Source of the DNA: Gammaproteobacteria bacterium
GTDB taxonomy: Bacteria; Pseudomonadota; Gammaproteobacteria; Ga0077536
Length of the DNA: 64,000 bases
Assembly: GCA_963662545.2 (NCBI GenBank)
Contig: CAXXLL010000003.1
Span: 1,472,001-1,536,000, forward strand
Reading direction: 5' to 3'
Made by a program: the position numbers and the translations under genes
Part shown: positions 20,626 through 30,452 of the stretch, piece by piece
How the letters are laid out: every line of letters begins with the position of its first letter
Position numbering within the stretch: position 1 is the stretch's first letter
Notes under the pieces: generated by a model
What the model was told of the DNA's origin: nothing
Seen by the model: the letters and a program-made list of their open reading frames with translations, nothing else
Database searches by the model: none

Positions 20626-21354
20626 TCAATTTTCTGCGCCGTCTTTTATACAATGCAGAAAGGCATCCTCGAGCACACTGCAATGATGTGATGCCATCAG
20701 ATCGGTCGGCGTGCCGGCATACCGTACCGTGCCGTCATGGATCACGACGAGCCGGTCACAAAGCGACTCAATGTCGACCAGCAGATGGGTGCTGAAGAAG
20801 ATCGTCACGCCCTGGTCCTTGAGTTCAGTCAGGCGGCGTTTGAACAATGTCCGCGCCCGCGGATCGAGGCCGCTCATGGGTTCATCGAGAACGAGCAGCG
20901 GCCGCCCGGGCAGGATGCAGGCGATGAGTCCGAGTTTCTGAGCCATGCCTTTGGAATACTGCCGCGCCGGCAGGCTCAGCACCGCGCCGGACAGGCCCAA
21001 TGCCTGCGCTTCCTGCTCAGCCGCACGCGGGTCGTAGCGCTCGCCGTGGAGGGCCAAGAGGTACCTCAAGAGTTCGACGCCGGTCGCGAAATAGGGGGGA
21101 GAAAAACGTTCGGCCAGGTAGCTCAGCTTGTCGCGCGCTTGCGTTTCGGTGTGCGGCGTACCGAAGATCGATATCGTGCCGGCGTCGATACGGTTGAGAT
21201 CGAGCAGACCCCGGATCAGGGTCGTCTTGCCGGCGCCGTTGATCCCGACGAGACCGACCGCCTCACCTTCTTCGATCTCGAAGCTGATGTCCTTCAATAC
21301 CTGATGCGCGCCGAACGACTTGCATACTGATTGAAATTTGAGCGCGCCGGGCAT
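20626..21354 (-). CDS. ABC transporter ATP-binding protein (PilH/XapD-like)
   Basis: GINGAGKTT, YSKGM signature, LDEP and STH motifs. Confidence 0.92.
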   Translation of the reverse strand: MPGALKFQSVCKSFGAHQVLKDISFEIEEGEAVGLVGINGAGKTTLIRGLLDLNRIDAGTISIFGTPHTETQARDKLSYLAERFSPPYFATGVELLRYLLALHGERYDPRAAEQEAQALGLSGAVLSLPARQYSKGMAQKLGLIACILPGRPLLVLDEPMSGLDPRARTLFKRRLTELKDQGVTIFFSTHLLVDIESLCDRLVVIHDGTVRYAGTPTDLMASHHCSVLEDAFLHCIKDGAEN

Positions 21355-21438
21355 GTGTTAACGGCTTGCCCACGCCTTTGGCAGGCGCTGAAGGACACTA
21401 TGTGCCACGGTGATCGTCTGGGAGCATTTCATTCGCTG

Positions 21439-21468
21439 AAAAAAAAGCCCGCGTAAAGCGGGCTTTTT
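21439..21468 (-). terminator. Intrinsic terminator after pilin gene
   Basis: AAAAAAAAGCCCGC-GTAAA-GCGGGCTTTTT. Gives a hairpin plus U8 on the minus strand. Confidence 0.85.
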
Positions 21469-21488
21469 AGCGAGCTTTTAGCAAGGGG

Positions 21489-22199
21489 TCAATAGAGATA
21501 GACCACGTTGCAAAGCTGCTGGTTGGTGGCGATGTCCCAGATGGGCGGGGACGGCGTCGTATCGACGCAATTCGCGCTCGATTCCGAGATGGTGCTAAAC
21601 GTGCCGCTGGCCGTGACCGCGTGGCGCAGGACGCCGGTCTGCGGCAGGCCATCGTCGATCTTGCGGTCGAGTTCCGCTAGGACATTCACGGGGATCCCAG
21701 CGCCGAGTACCAGGTTCAGCTTGTCGCTCGGCGTTCCCGAATCGTAGTAGTCGGTCGAACGGTAGAGCATCAGGAAACCGTTGAAGGCGTTGCGCGGTGC
21801 CTGATTGGTATCGTTCTGATTGGGCTGCGTAGTACCGCCAAGGTAATTGCCTTGAATGAAGCCCGACTTGGAAAGGTGCTCCCACAGGGCCAGCGCTTCC
21901 TCCCAGTCACCGCTACCGCCGTCGTTCAGACGCCCATCGGCGTTGCCGCCGGTGGTCACACCGGGGATGGACTGCGCCGCGTTGGCCGAACCCCAGTCGC
22001 CCGGTACCTGGCGGTAGCGATCGATAAAACCGTAGTAGGCGGCCTGCACGCCGCTGTTCTGGTCGGCGATATTGCGGACGCGTGCGCTGGTGATGAGTTC
22101 CTGTCCTTTGAGGATGCCGCCGAGCAGCAATCCTATGATGACGAGTACGATGGCCATTTCGACCAGCGTGAAACCTTGTTGTCGATTGATCTTGGGCAT
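21489..22199 (-). CDS. Type IV prepilin-like protein, probable major subunit (236 aa)
   Basis: QQG|FTLVEMAIVLVIIGLLLGGILKGQELI class III signal. C-terminal Cys pair. Own promoter and terminator. Confidence 0.9.
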   Translation of the reverse strand: MPKINRQQGFTLVEMAIVLVIIGLLLGGILKGQELITSARVRNIADQNSGVQAAYYGFIDRYRQVPGDWGSANAAQSIPGVTTGGNADGRLNDGGSGDWEEALALWEHLSKSGFIQGNYLGGTTQPNQNDTNQAPRNAFNGFLMLYRSTDYYDSGTPSDKLNLVLGAGIPVNVLAELDRKIDDGLPQTGVLRHAVTASGTFSTISESSANCVDTTPSPPIWDIATNQQLCNVVYLY

Positions 22200-22239
22200 T
22201 TTAGAAGTCCTCACGGTATTTAGAATTTGACCAGAGCAA

Positions 22240-22255
22240 TGCACACCTTGTGCCA
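22240..22255 (-). promoter_or_regulatory. Sigma54 -24/-12 promoter of the pilin gene
   Basis: Minus strand reads TGGCACAAGGTGTGCA (GG-N10-GC), ~40 bp before the ATG. An IHF-like AATCAAAAGCTTT lies at ~22274-22286. Confidence 0.75.
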
Positions 22256-22490
22256 GAAAACGCAATTTATTGAAATCAAAAGCTTTTCTGAAAATTGACC
22301 TTCGAGACCACGCCCCAGTGGCGCCTAAATTGCCCAAATTTCAACACCCAAGTGTTCAGATTTCGTTCTTATTCCAGGGATCCGTCAGTTCTACCAAGAA
22401 AAACTGTGGCTGCGGCCGACTTTTGCCGCTACCAACGATACTGTAGATTCACGACGCATTGAACGGTTTGAATTCTCGGCCCACTCCACG

Positions 22491-23804
22491 ATGAAACTGC
22501 TTTTTCCGAGCGGCGCCTCCCGCATCCAGTCCGCCCTGCTCGTCGGTGTATTTGTGGTCTTTGTTTGCAATGCCGCGGGCGTGACCAGCTTTCAGTTCGC
22601 ACTCGCTAACAGCGTCGCATTCCACGGCGAGATCATCGGCGAGCTTATGGCCGGGCGGTTGCCGGAACAACTCACGCGCATCGACTTCGCCGCCTTCCTC
22701 ATCACCGGTGCCGCGCTCGCGCTGTCGCTGCCGCTGCTAGCACCGATAGCCGCGTCGCTTTTGACGGCCTTCACCATGGTCCCGACCTTCTACATCGCCT
22801 GGGCCTTTCCCACCCCGCCGCCGCTGATCCCGATGGAATATACGCTGATCTGCATTCTGGTCTTGTTTTCCGTCAACGTGCTGTGCAGTTATTTCATTGA
22901 AAACCACGAACGACAGAAAATTGTAGCGGTCTTCGGCCAGTACGTGCCGGCCGCCGTCGTGGCCGAGATCGCCCGCCGTCCACAGGCCTATTCCATGGCC
23001 AGCGAAGCACGGGAGATGACCGTACTTTTTTGCGACATCAAGGACTTCTCCAAGATTTCGGAGCAAGTCGAACCCCACGAACTGGGCGAGATGCTCAACG
23101 TCTTTCTCACCGATATGACGGCCGTGCTGCATCGTCACGGTGCGACCATCGACAAGTACATCGGCGATGCCATCATGGCATTCTGGGGTGCGCCCGTGTG
23201 GCAGGCGGACCATGCGCAACAGGCCGTATCCGGGGCGCTCGCCATGCAGCAGGCGATGAAGGGCGTGCGCGAAACGTTTCAACAGCGGGGCTGGCCGGCC
23301 ATCGAAGTCGGTGTCGGCATCAACAGTGCCCGGGTGAATGTTGGCAACATGGGATCGCGTTACCGCATTGCCTACACCGTGGTCGGCGACGCGGTCAATC
23401 TGGCGGCACGCCTCGAAGCGTTGACACGCCTGTACGGCGTTGGCGTGTTGACCAGCGAGTCAACGAAAAACGCGTGCACGAACCTTCGCTGCCGCGAGAT
23501 CGACCACGTGCGAGTCAAGGGCAAGGGGCGGCCCACCCGTGTTTTCGAACCGCTGGCGGAGGGCGTCACGCCGACCGACGAATTCTTAAAAGAGCATCAC
23601 GAAGCGCTCGAAGCTTACTACGGCGGCGCGTGGAGCGAAGCAGAAAAAGCTTTCGCCGAACTCGGCAAGGAAGCCGCCAACACCACTTACTACGAAACCA
23701 TGTCCGCGCGGATCGCCGACCATGACAAACCTGCGGATTGGAGCGGAGTCGTCGTTTTCGGCGGAGACTTGAGTTACACGCTCGAGTCGAAAGCGCAAGC
23801 GTAG
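22491..23804 (+). CDS. Membrane-bound class III adenylate cyclase
   Basis: TM helices, FGQYV, FCDIKDFS, DKYIGDAIMAFW and YTVVGDAVNLAARLE motifs. Confidence 0.92.
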   Translation: MKLLFPSGASRIQSALLVGVFVVFVCNAAGVTSFQFALANSVAFHGEIIGELMAGRLPEQLTRIDFAAFLITGAALALSLPLLAPIAASLLTAFTMVPTFYIAWAFPTPPPLIPMEYTLICILVLFSVNVLCSYFIENHERQKIVAVFGQYVPAAVVAEIARRPQAYSMASEAREMTVLFCDIKDFSKISEQVEPHELGEMLNVFLTDMTAVLHRHGATIDKYIGDAIMAFWGAPVWQADHAQQAVSGALAMQQAMKGVRETFQQRGWPAIEVGVGINSARVNVGNMGSRYRIAYTVVGDAVNLAARLEALTRLYGVGVLTSESTKNACTNLRCREIDHVRVKGKGRPTRVFEPLAEGVTPTDEFLKEHHEALEAYYGGAWSEAEKAFAELGKEAANTTYYETMSARIADHDKPADWSGVVVFGGDLSYTLESKAQA

Positions 23805-23857
23805 TCGATGCTCATAGCTTAGTTCTCCAGCCCCCGTTCCCAAATACGGCCGCAACG

Positions 23858-23941
23858 AACCACAGAGGACACAGAGATAAAGAGGGAAAAGACCGTTTAC
23901 AGGTCTTAAATACAATGGTTTTCTCTGTGATCTCTGTGGTT
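23858..23941. repeat. Intergenic inverted repeat (CACAGAG units)
   Basis: AACCACAGAGGACACAGAGA / TCTCTGTGATCTCTGTGGTT between convergent genes. Confidence 0.8.
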
Positions 23942-23987
23942 TTATTTTATGGGGCAGCCGCAGTAGAAGTTTGGTAGGAGTTGCAGG

Positions 23988-24713
23988 CTAATCCGCGCGC
24001 TCTTCCGCGACGCGTTGTTCGAGCTCGGCCAATCGCTGCGACAAAAACCAGCGTTCCCGCGGATCGGTGACCTCCCCGCTGTCGAGCAGCCCGCCCAGCA
24101 GCACTTTCGCACTCTCGATCTCGCCCATGTCCTCGAGCACGAAGATGTGCATTTGGCGCGCCCAGTTCGGGATCGCCGCTCCATCGTCGGCGTTCGCGAG
24201 TTGTCGCGCGAGGCGGAGCGCATAGTCGAAATCGACCAACCGATGCTTGGCGATGTATACCGCGTGTGCAAGCCACTGCCAGCGGCGCGCCGGGTCTTCG
24301 TCGAAACGGGCGGCGACAAACGCAACCATGCGGCGCTGCTTATCGGGATCCCCAACCTCGCCGTACAGACGGCTTGCCGCCAGCAGCGGATATTGAAACC
24401 CGGGATCGAGTTCCAGCATCCGTCCAAGCCAGGCTTCGACCCGCTGGTAGTCGAGATCCCGGAAGGCGATGCTGATCCCCGGCTGGTAATCGAAGCCCTG
24501 CAGCCAGAGCATCAGGATCCTCGCCAGAACTTCCGGCTGCCCCAGCGATACGACCTTTAAGATCGAGAGGCTTGGCGGTTCGGGCAGGGCCGCGGCCCGC
24601 GCCGATGGCGCGCCGCGATGCAAAGCCCATGACACCTGCAATGCAAGGGCCGCAGCCAGAAAGAGGAACACCGTCCACGGCACGGCTGTGAGGCGGCGTT
24701 CCTGGTCCCGCAT
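23988..24713 (-). CDS. Membrane-anchored helical protein associated with the ABC permease (PilG/XapA-like by context)
   Basis: N-terminal TM and LELDPGFQYP TPR-like segment. Starts 13 bp after the permease stop. Confidence 0.7.
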   Translation of the reverse strand: MRDQERRLTAVPWTVFLFLAAALALQVSWALHRGAPSARAAALPEPPSLSILKVVSLGQPEVLARILMLWLQGFDYQPGISIAFRDLDYQRVEAWLGRMLELDPGFQYPLLAASRLYGEVGDPDKQRRMVAFVAARFDEDPARRWQWLAHAVYIAKHRLVDFDYALRLARQLANADDGAAIPNWARQMHIFVLEDMGEIESAKVLLGGLLDSGEVTDPRERWFLSQRLAELEQRVAEERAD

Positions 24714-24726
24714 AATCAGAGGTTCC

Positions 24727-25497
24727 TTAGTACTCGCGGCGATAGAAATCGAATAGGCCGACGCCGATCAAAACCATGGAATAAATGATGGTCTGCAAGG
24801 CGATGTCGCCGAGCGGCAGCGGTTCAGCGGTGGGGTGGGTCAACCAGCTTGCCTGGGTGAACCGGTCGAGCGAGGGCAGCAGTAGCGCGAGCAGATCGAC
24901 GAGTTTTTCGATGGCGGCCGAAGACCATACAGTCGGATCGACTGCCGGACCCGAGCTCATGAGCACGATCGCGCTCATCGCTCGTGAGAGGACGTAGAAG
25001 GCCGCTACCACGATCAGTGCGAAAGTCACCTGGCCCAAGGTGATGACACAGGTCAGACAAGCGGCGGCAACGATCCACAATTCGGCCGCGAGCGAGGCCC
25101 CCCACGCCAGCGTGGCGCCGGCCGGCGCATAAAACATCAAGGGAATTACCGCGAGAAATGCAAGTGCCGTCGCCGCGGCGGCGAATCCCGCCAAGCGCCC
25201 AAGGTACCATGATACGCGCGGTACCGGTCGCGACAAAGTCAGGTCGAGCAGGCGATCCTGGAGTTCGCGTACGACGCTGGTTGACACGAACAACGCGACG
25301 ACAAACACCAGTGACAACCGCGACAAGGCGGCGTACACGCCGAGACGATAACTCTGGCTGTCGGTCAGGGCGAGCGCGGCCGCGAACTCGGCCGTTAAGG
25401 CCACGGCCAGCAGTAATCCCGCGGCCATCCACAACAAGCGCGTGCGGACGGCTTCAATGACAGTAAATCGCGCGATGCTTGCAAGTGATTTAAACAT
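24727..25497 (-). CDS. ABC-2 type permease (PilI/XapB-like)
   Basis: IARFTVIEAVR and RE...LSRPVPR..YLGR motifs, ~6 TMs. Confidence 0.85.
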   Translation of the reverse strand: MFKSLASIARFTVIEAVRTRLLWMAAGLLLAVALTAEFAAALALTDSQSYRLGVYAALSRLSLVFVVALFVSTSVVRELQDRLLDLTLSRPVPRVSWYLGRLAGFAAAATALAFLAVIPLMFYAPAGATLAWGASLAAELWIVAAACLTCVITLGQVTFALIVVAAFYVLSRAMSAIVLMSSGPAVDPTVWSSAAIEKLVDLLALLLPSLDRFTQASWLTHPTAEPLPLGDIALQTIIYSMVLIGVGLFDFYRREY

Positions 25498-25531
25498 GGT
25501 TTCTGGCGTGCGGTTTCGATGAGCGGTGTGC

Positions 25532-25701
25532 TTAAGGAATCTCTGAATAAGTCATGGCACATCTGCCTTGCCCATGAAATTGCGGAGCCTTACGTTACGA
25601 ACCTTAGCCCTAATCCCCGCTATGGCCTGCGATTCGTGCCTTGATCTGCACGATTTCATGCACATTTCAGACGCACCATGACTTATTCAGAAGTTCCTTA
25701 A
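25532..25701. mobile_element. MITE-like element, ~170 bp
   Basis: Terminal IRs TTAAGGAATCTCTGAATAAGTCATGG / CCATGACTTATTCAGAAGTTCCTTAA. Non-coding. Confidence 0.75.
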
Positions 25702-25804
25702 TTTACCAATTCATACTATAGCGATAGCATGCGGATGCGTGCATTTTTTTGAAAGTGATGTCTCAGATGATAAGACGTATCAATGTTTTTAATGGTACAC
25801 GTCA

Positions 25805-25862
25805 TTCGCCCGCAAGCGGGCTCCTACGGTATGGTCCGCCTCAGAGCCCGCTTGCGGGTGAA
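25805..25862. repeat. REP inverted pair
   Basis: Same architecture as 20392-20455. Confidence 0.85.
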
Positions 25863-25909
25863 TCGAAATCTGTCTGGTAATTCTGATCAGCACTTTATAG
25901 AAAGTCGGC

Positions 25910-27694
25910 GTGTCCGAATCAAGCAATCCGCCTCCGACCAGCTCGCCCGCTGAACGCGCCGCGCCTCTGCACGGGATCAGCGTGCTGCTCGACCGGCGCT
26001 ACGAGCACTGGATCCTGGCCTCGATGTTGCTGGTGCTGCATGCCTCGTTCGATGCCGGCTTCGATACCGCCCTGTCGGCGGCGCTCATGACGGCTCACTT
26101 GGGCCTCTTCTTCCTGTGGCAACCGATCTGGCAGCGCGACCAGAAACTCGACCTCAATGGCGCCGCGCTGATCGTCCTGCTCGTGGCGGGTATGATTGCG
26201 CTGCTCGACTGGTGGATAGTTTTCGCGTGGCTGCTGATGTTGACCGGCATCGTCGCGGGACGTTCTTTTTCGACGCGCCGGGAGCGCTACGTCTATCTCC
26301 TGACCCTGGCGTTTCTGGTCGCCGAGCTGCTGGTGACCTGTACCGCGAAGCTCTTTCTGGGAACGCCCCTGGCGCCCGAGATAGCGCAGCCCTTCCGCGT
26401 GGGGCTTTATGTACTGCCCGGCATACTCTATGCGATTCCTTCGATCACCGCACCGCAGAGGGAGCCCTTTCCCGTCGATTTTATTCGCGGTATAACCTTT
26501 GCATTGATGACCGCGTTGCTCGCGGTTTTCAGCGTTCTCATCACCCTGCGCTTCGAAGTCGACTACCCGCTGGCGCTGGTTGGAACCTTGATGGCGCTCG
26601 GCCTTTTCCTGCTGTTTCTGAGCTGGATCACGACACCCGGTTCCGGCAACATCGGGCTTAAGGCGGTGTGGGAAAAATCGGTACTGAACATCGGGACCCC
26701 GTTCGAGGCGTGGCTCGGAAACATTGCCAACCTCGCACGTCAACGGGCTTCCGCCAAAGATTTTCTGGATGCCGCGATCGAAGAACTGCTCGATATCCCA
26801 TGGGTCTCAGCTGTCGAATGGCAGACGGATTCCAGCACGGGCAGGAAAGGCCATGTTTCGTCTCACTATCTCACGGTCGATACCGAAGCACTGCAGGTGA
26901 CGATGTACACGGAAAGCTCCTTCAGTTCCGCGCTGTTGGTCCATTGCCGGCTTTTACTTCAAGTGCTCGGCCATTTCTACGTTGCCAAACGGCGGGAAAA
27001 CGAGGAGGCCAACGAAGCCCACCTGCGCGCTATTTACGAAACAGGGGCGCGCGTCACGCACGACATCAAGAACCTGCTGCAAGCCCTGGACACGATGGCA
27101 AGTGCACTAACACGCGCCGAGAGTCCGGAGCAGGAGCGCCGCGGCTTCAATTTGTTGAAACGGCGCCTGCCCGACATCGCGCGAAGACTGCAGATCGCGC
27201 TCCATAAGCTGCAGCGTCCCAGTTCGCATCGGTCGGAGACCATGACGATCGAGGCGTGGTGGGATGCATTGAGCGAACGTCTGACCGGCAGCGAGGTATC
27301 ACTCGAAGCGGACATATCCCATCCGGATGCGAGCATCCCCGGGGACTGCTTCGACAGCGTGGTCGATAATCTCATTGACAATGCGCGCCACAAGATAGCG
27401 GCGGGCAGGGCGCGCTCGATTCACGTCAAAGTGCGGGCGCAGGGCGACGCCGTTCACTGCTCGGTCAGCGACGATGGCGACGCCATCGATGAAGCGGTCG
27501 CACGGGACTTATTTCGCCAACCGGTGCCGTCGGCGACCGGTCTTGGCATCGGCTTGTACCAGGCCGCACGTCAGTGCCAACTGACGGGGTGCGTACTCAG
27601 CCTTGGTGAAAATCGCGACGGCGCGGTGCGTTTCGAATTACGGTGTGACGGCGGGCGTGATGGGCTCGCCGACGGTAATGATCAGGGGAGCTGA
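25910..27694 (+). CDS. Multi-TM sensor histidine kinase (PrsK-like H-box)
   Basis: About 8 TMs, THDIKNLL, NLIDNA, VSDDG and GLGIGLY motifs. Confidence 0.9.
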   Translation: MSESSNPPPTSSPAERAAPLHGISVLLDRRYEHWILASMLLVLHASFDAGFDTALSAALMTAHLGLFFLWQPIWQRDQKLDLNGAALIVLLVAGMIALLDWWIVFAWLLMLTGIVAGRSFSTRRERYVYLLTLAFLVAELLVTCTAKLFLGTPLAPEIAQPFRVGLYVLPGILYAIPSITAPQREPFPVDFIRGITFALMTALLAVFSVLITLRFEVDYPLALVGTLMALGLFLLFLSWITTPGSGNIGLKAVWEKSVLNIGTPFEAWLGNIANLARQRASAKDFLDAAIEELLDIPWVSAVEWQTDSSTGRKGHVSSHYLTVDTEALQVTMYTESSFSSALLVHCRLLLQVLGHFYVAKRRENEEANEAHLRAIYETGARVTHDIKNLLQALDTMASALTRAESPEQERRGFNLLKRRLPDIARRLQIALHKLQRPSSHRSETMTIEAWWDALSERLTGSEVSLEADISHPDASIPGDCFDSVVDNLIDNARHKIAAGRARSIHVKVRAQGDAVHCSVSDDGDAIDEAVARDLFRQPVPSATGLGIGLYQAARQCQLTGCVLSLGENRDGAVRFELRCDGGRDGLADGNDQGS

Positions 27695-28504
27695 CCCGCC
27701 GCGACCATGCGGCTGTTCAAAATGAACCCGTGACACAAGCATGACGATGTCGTCGAATTCGCACAAGGGGGTTAGCTCGTTCGTGTCATCGGCGCAGCCC
27801 GTCTGTTCGCGCGAATACCTGCGCTGGTAATACAACAACGGGGCACCGCCGGTGTTTTCGACCTCGTCTGCATTCGATGCCGGCACTGCCGGCCGCGCAA
27901 CACCATCGACCGAGGTCGCGCCGAACCCATTACGACCGTGAGAGATGATTACCGCGGCGACATATTTCATTGTTGCGGCCGAAAATGAAAACTTTCCCTC
28001 TACCGTCGCCGGGGTCAGCGGATTATCACCGCGCGTGTTGATTTGTATATTGCCTTCCGTACAGAGATCCAATTCATTTATATCTTTGCCGTTACACGTC
28101 TCGTCCTGCGCCGGTAGGGTAAAGTCGGTACTTGTCACCCGATATGTAAAGCGGTTGCCCCACGCGTCACCCTGGCCAACACCGAGTTCGACCCAGGGTA
28201 GAAAACCTTCATCACTGGTGCAGGTGGCGTTCGCGATTGTTATGTACGGCGGGTCCGGCACGCCGTTGCCGTCGTTCTCGGAACAAGGCAAGCGGCCATT
28301 GGTCAGTGCGTACCCGTACAAGGCCTCGACGGCCTCTTCCATTGCATCGATCGTATTACGCCGATCGCGCGCCTCTAGTTGTACCTCAACAGGCCCGATC
28401 AACCCCGCGATCAGCATACCGAGAATAAAGACCACTATGGCGAGTTCGATCAGCGTAAAGCCGCTTTCACGCAATACCGGGCCCTTGCGAGGCGCGAATA
28501 TCAC
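27682..28504 (-). CDS. Minor pilin/pseudopilin; probable 1-bp frameshift near the 3' end
   Basis: SG|FTLIEL and GRLPC motifs. The alternative frame gives ...ILNSRMVAAGQLP* ending at 27682. Confidence 0.85.
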
Positions 28505-30375
28505 GGCCGATACAGCGGCAGCGTGACCAATTGATCGTTAAAGGCCGCCGTTACTTGCTTCTTGTCGTACGTCAATGTATCAACCGTGGCGTTATTGCCT
28601 TCCAGGTAGTCCGCGCGCGTCGCTGAGTGCCGGTTGCTGGATAGATCACGGCCGGCGATAAGTACAACGCCGCGTACCTCGGTGTCAATGGCCGTCGTTG
28701 CGCTGCCGAGGCGGGTAACATTGACGGTGAGACAGGTACTGTCGTCGACGCAGGTCAGATCGGTATCGCCGGGACTCTCGGCGCGCGCGTAGTGCACCAG
28801 GATCAATTGATCCCACCCCTCGGCGAAGAACCAGTTTGGTAATTCACCGGGAGAGACTGTGTGATCGACCGCATCATCGGGGCTTACTTCGAGGTCGAAC
28901 GGTACGTTGCTTAGTGTCAAATTATCCCCGGGGACAATGGTAGTGAATTCCAAGGTCGCCGAACCGATCGGATTAACCACGTCCGGCAGTTCATAATCGG
29001 TGACGGTCAGCGTTGCGGGCTGACCGCTCCAGCTATTGATTTCGCTGATGCGCAACGCGCGCTTTGTCGTCGCGGTCGGCGCATCGATCTCGGTGGCATT
29101 GCCGACCAACGTCAGTTGGTAGATGCGACGAATAGTCCGTGCCCAGGGCGAAAAAGAACCCACGGTGAAATCCATCTGCGCGGTGCAGGCTATGTCCTGC
29201 AAATTATTCGCGGCCAGGGTACATGTCCCCTGATCCCACAGGCCGCCGGGTGCGCCGTTTACCCCCGCGGTGAAACTATAGGGCACGGAGATAAACCAGA
29301 AATAAAACCAAACGTCATAATTTTGCGTACACGCGTCGTTCCGCAGGCAGTCTTCGACGGGCGCTTCGGGAGCGACGGGCGGGTTCGGGCCAACGCTATA
29401 GGTTCCTTCGGTGTCGATATCCCACGTCGCCAGAAAATCGGCATTGACCGGCACCCCGCGTTGCATCAACGGTAAGTGCCCGAAACTGACATCGCCGCCG
29501 CCGAAATTATCGACCGCGCCGATATAAACCCGCGCGCTTGGGTCGGCAAAATCAGCCAGCCAAGGATAGCCGTCGTCGCAGTCTGCGTCGGCGCCGCAAT
29601 CCGGGTCGTCGCCATTGGTGTCATCGTCGGCGTCGGGGTCGTTGAAATAATTATCGAGCGCGTTCGCGACCTCGTTCAGCACGGTCCGCTCGACCTGGGC
29701 CATGAGTTCCCCGCGGGTAATGCGGACGACGACATCGTTGAATTCGCCGCCGGCCGTGCTGACGAAAGAACTGTCGCCGAGGCTGGCATTATCGTCTTCG
29801 AGATAAACCGATGCGTCATACGCATTGGCCGTCGTGCGTGATTGCCCCGCCAGTGCCGCCCCGGGCGCGATGATCACCGCGACGATATCGTCGGCAGATC
29901 CGTCGACCGTCAAGGTGCCCGTGGTGGTGCTATTCAATCCGGCACTGGAACTGCTGCGATGAGAATTGGACACGGCATACCACAACGGCGCGCCGGCGCG
30001 ATCGAGGATTTCGCCCATGCCGAGCGTGCGCCACGGGAACCGGCCGGTCTCTTTGCCGACCACGCAGTCTGGAACATTGTCCGCCGATCCTGGCGTCCCG
30101 GCCGGCACGTGGTCCGGACACGGCAAGTAGCCCGGTCCCTTTTCCATTGGACGGGGACCGGGTCCGTCGGGATATGCTAGCGCGTAGCCGAACAAAGCGC
30201 TCTTGGCCAGCATCAATGCCTGCCTAGTCTCGGTGTCCTGCCGCGCCTGCCGTGCCGTGCTTTCATTCAAGGCCTTGAGCATCACGAATGACGACGCCGA
30301 CAGGATGATCAATATCAAGGTCAATACGACAAAACCGCGTTGCCTCAAGACCCTGCTTCGTGAATACGGTCGCAC
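28501..30375 (-). CDS. Large pilin-like protein (624 aa), possible tip adhesin
   Basis: QRG|FVVLTL leader without Glu5, PGYLPCPD, GRFPWRTLG and a Asp/Cys-rich insertion. Confidence 0.75.
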   Translation of the reverse strand: MRPYSRSRVLRQRGFVVLTLILIILSASSFVMLKALNESTARQARQDTETRQALMLAKSALFGYALAYPDGPGPRPMEKGPGYLPCPDHVPAGTPGSADNVPDCVVGKETGRFPWRTLGMGEILDRAGAPLWYAVSNSHRSSSSAGLNSTTTGTLTVDGSADDIVAVIIAPGAALAGQSRTTANAYDASVYLEDDNASLGDSSFVSTAGGEFNDVVVRITRGELMAQVERTVLNEVANALDNYFNDPDADDDTNGDDPDCGADADCDDGYPWLADFADPSARVYIGAVDNFGGGDVSFGHLPLMQRGVPVNADFLATWDIDTEGTYSVGPNPPVAPEAPVEDCLRNDACTQNYDVWFYFWFISVPYSFTAGVNGAPGGLWDQGTCTLAANNLQDIACTAQMDFTVGSFSPWARTIRRIYQLTLVGNATEIDAPTATTKRALRISEINSWSGQPATLTVTDYELPDVVNPIGSATLEFTTIVPGDNLTLSNVPFDLEVSPDDAVDHTVSPGELPNWFFAEGWDQLILVHYARAESPGDTDLTCVDDSTCLTVNVTRLGSATTAIDTEVRGVVLIAGRDLSSNRHSATRADYLEGNNATVDTLTYDKKQVTAAFNDQLVTLPLYRP

Positions 30376-30452
30376 GTTACGAAATATAGCCCGATCGGCG
30401 TGGTGGTGAGCAGTAAAAGTTCGCAGTTTTCGATATTGGACGAATGGGTGAA

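Noticed and set aside
21393-21408. Sigma54 promoter before the ABC ATPase (TGGCAC on the minus strand)
   Set aside because: No GC at the -12 position.
21489-22199. Conductive e-pilin
   Set aside because: Long pilin with a globular domain, unlike truncated Geobacter-type pilins. No supporting cytochromes here.
27638-27735. Extended C-terminus of the minor pilin overlapping the kinase
   Set aside because: Better explained by one extra base near 27728. The other frame ends in RMVAAGQLP*. Could be a sequencing error.
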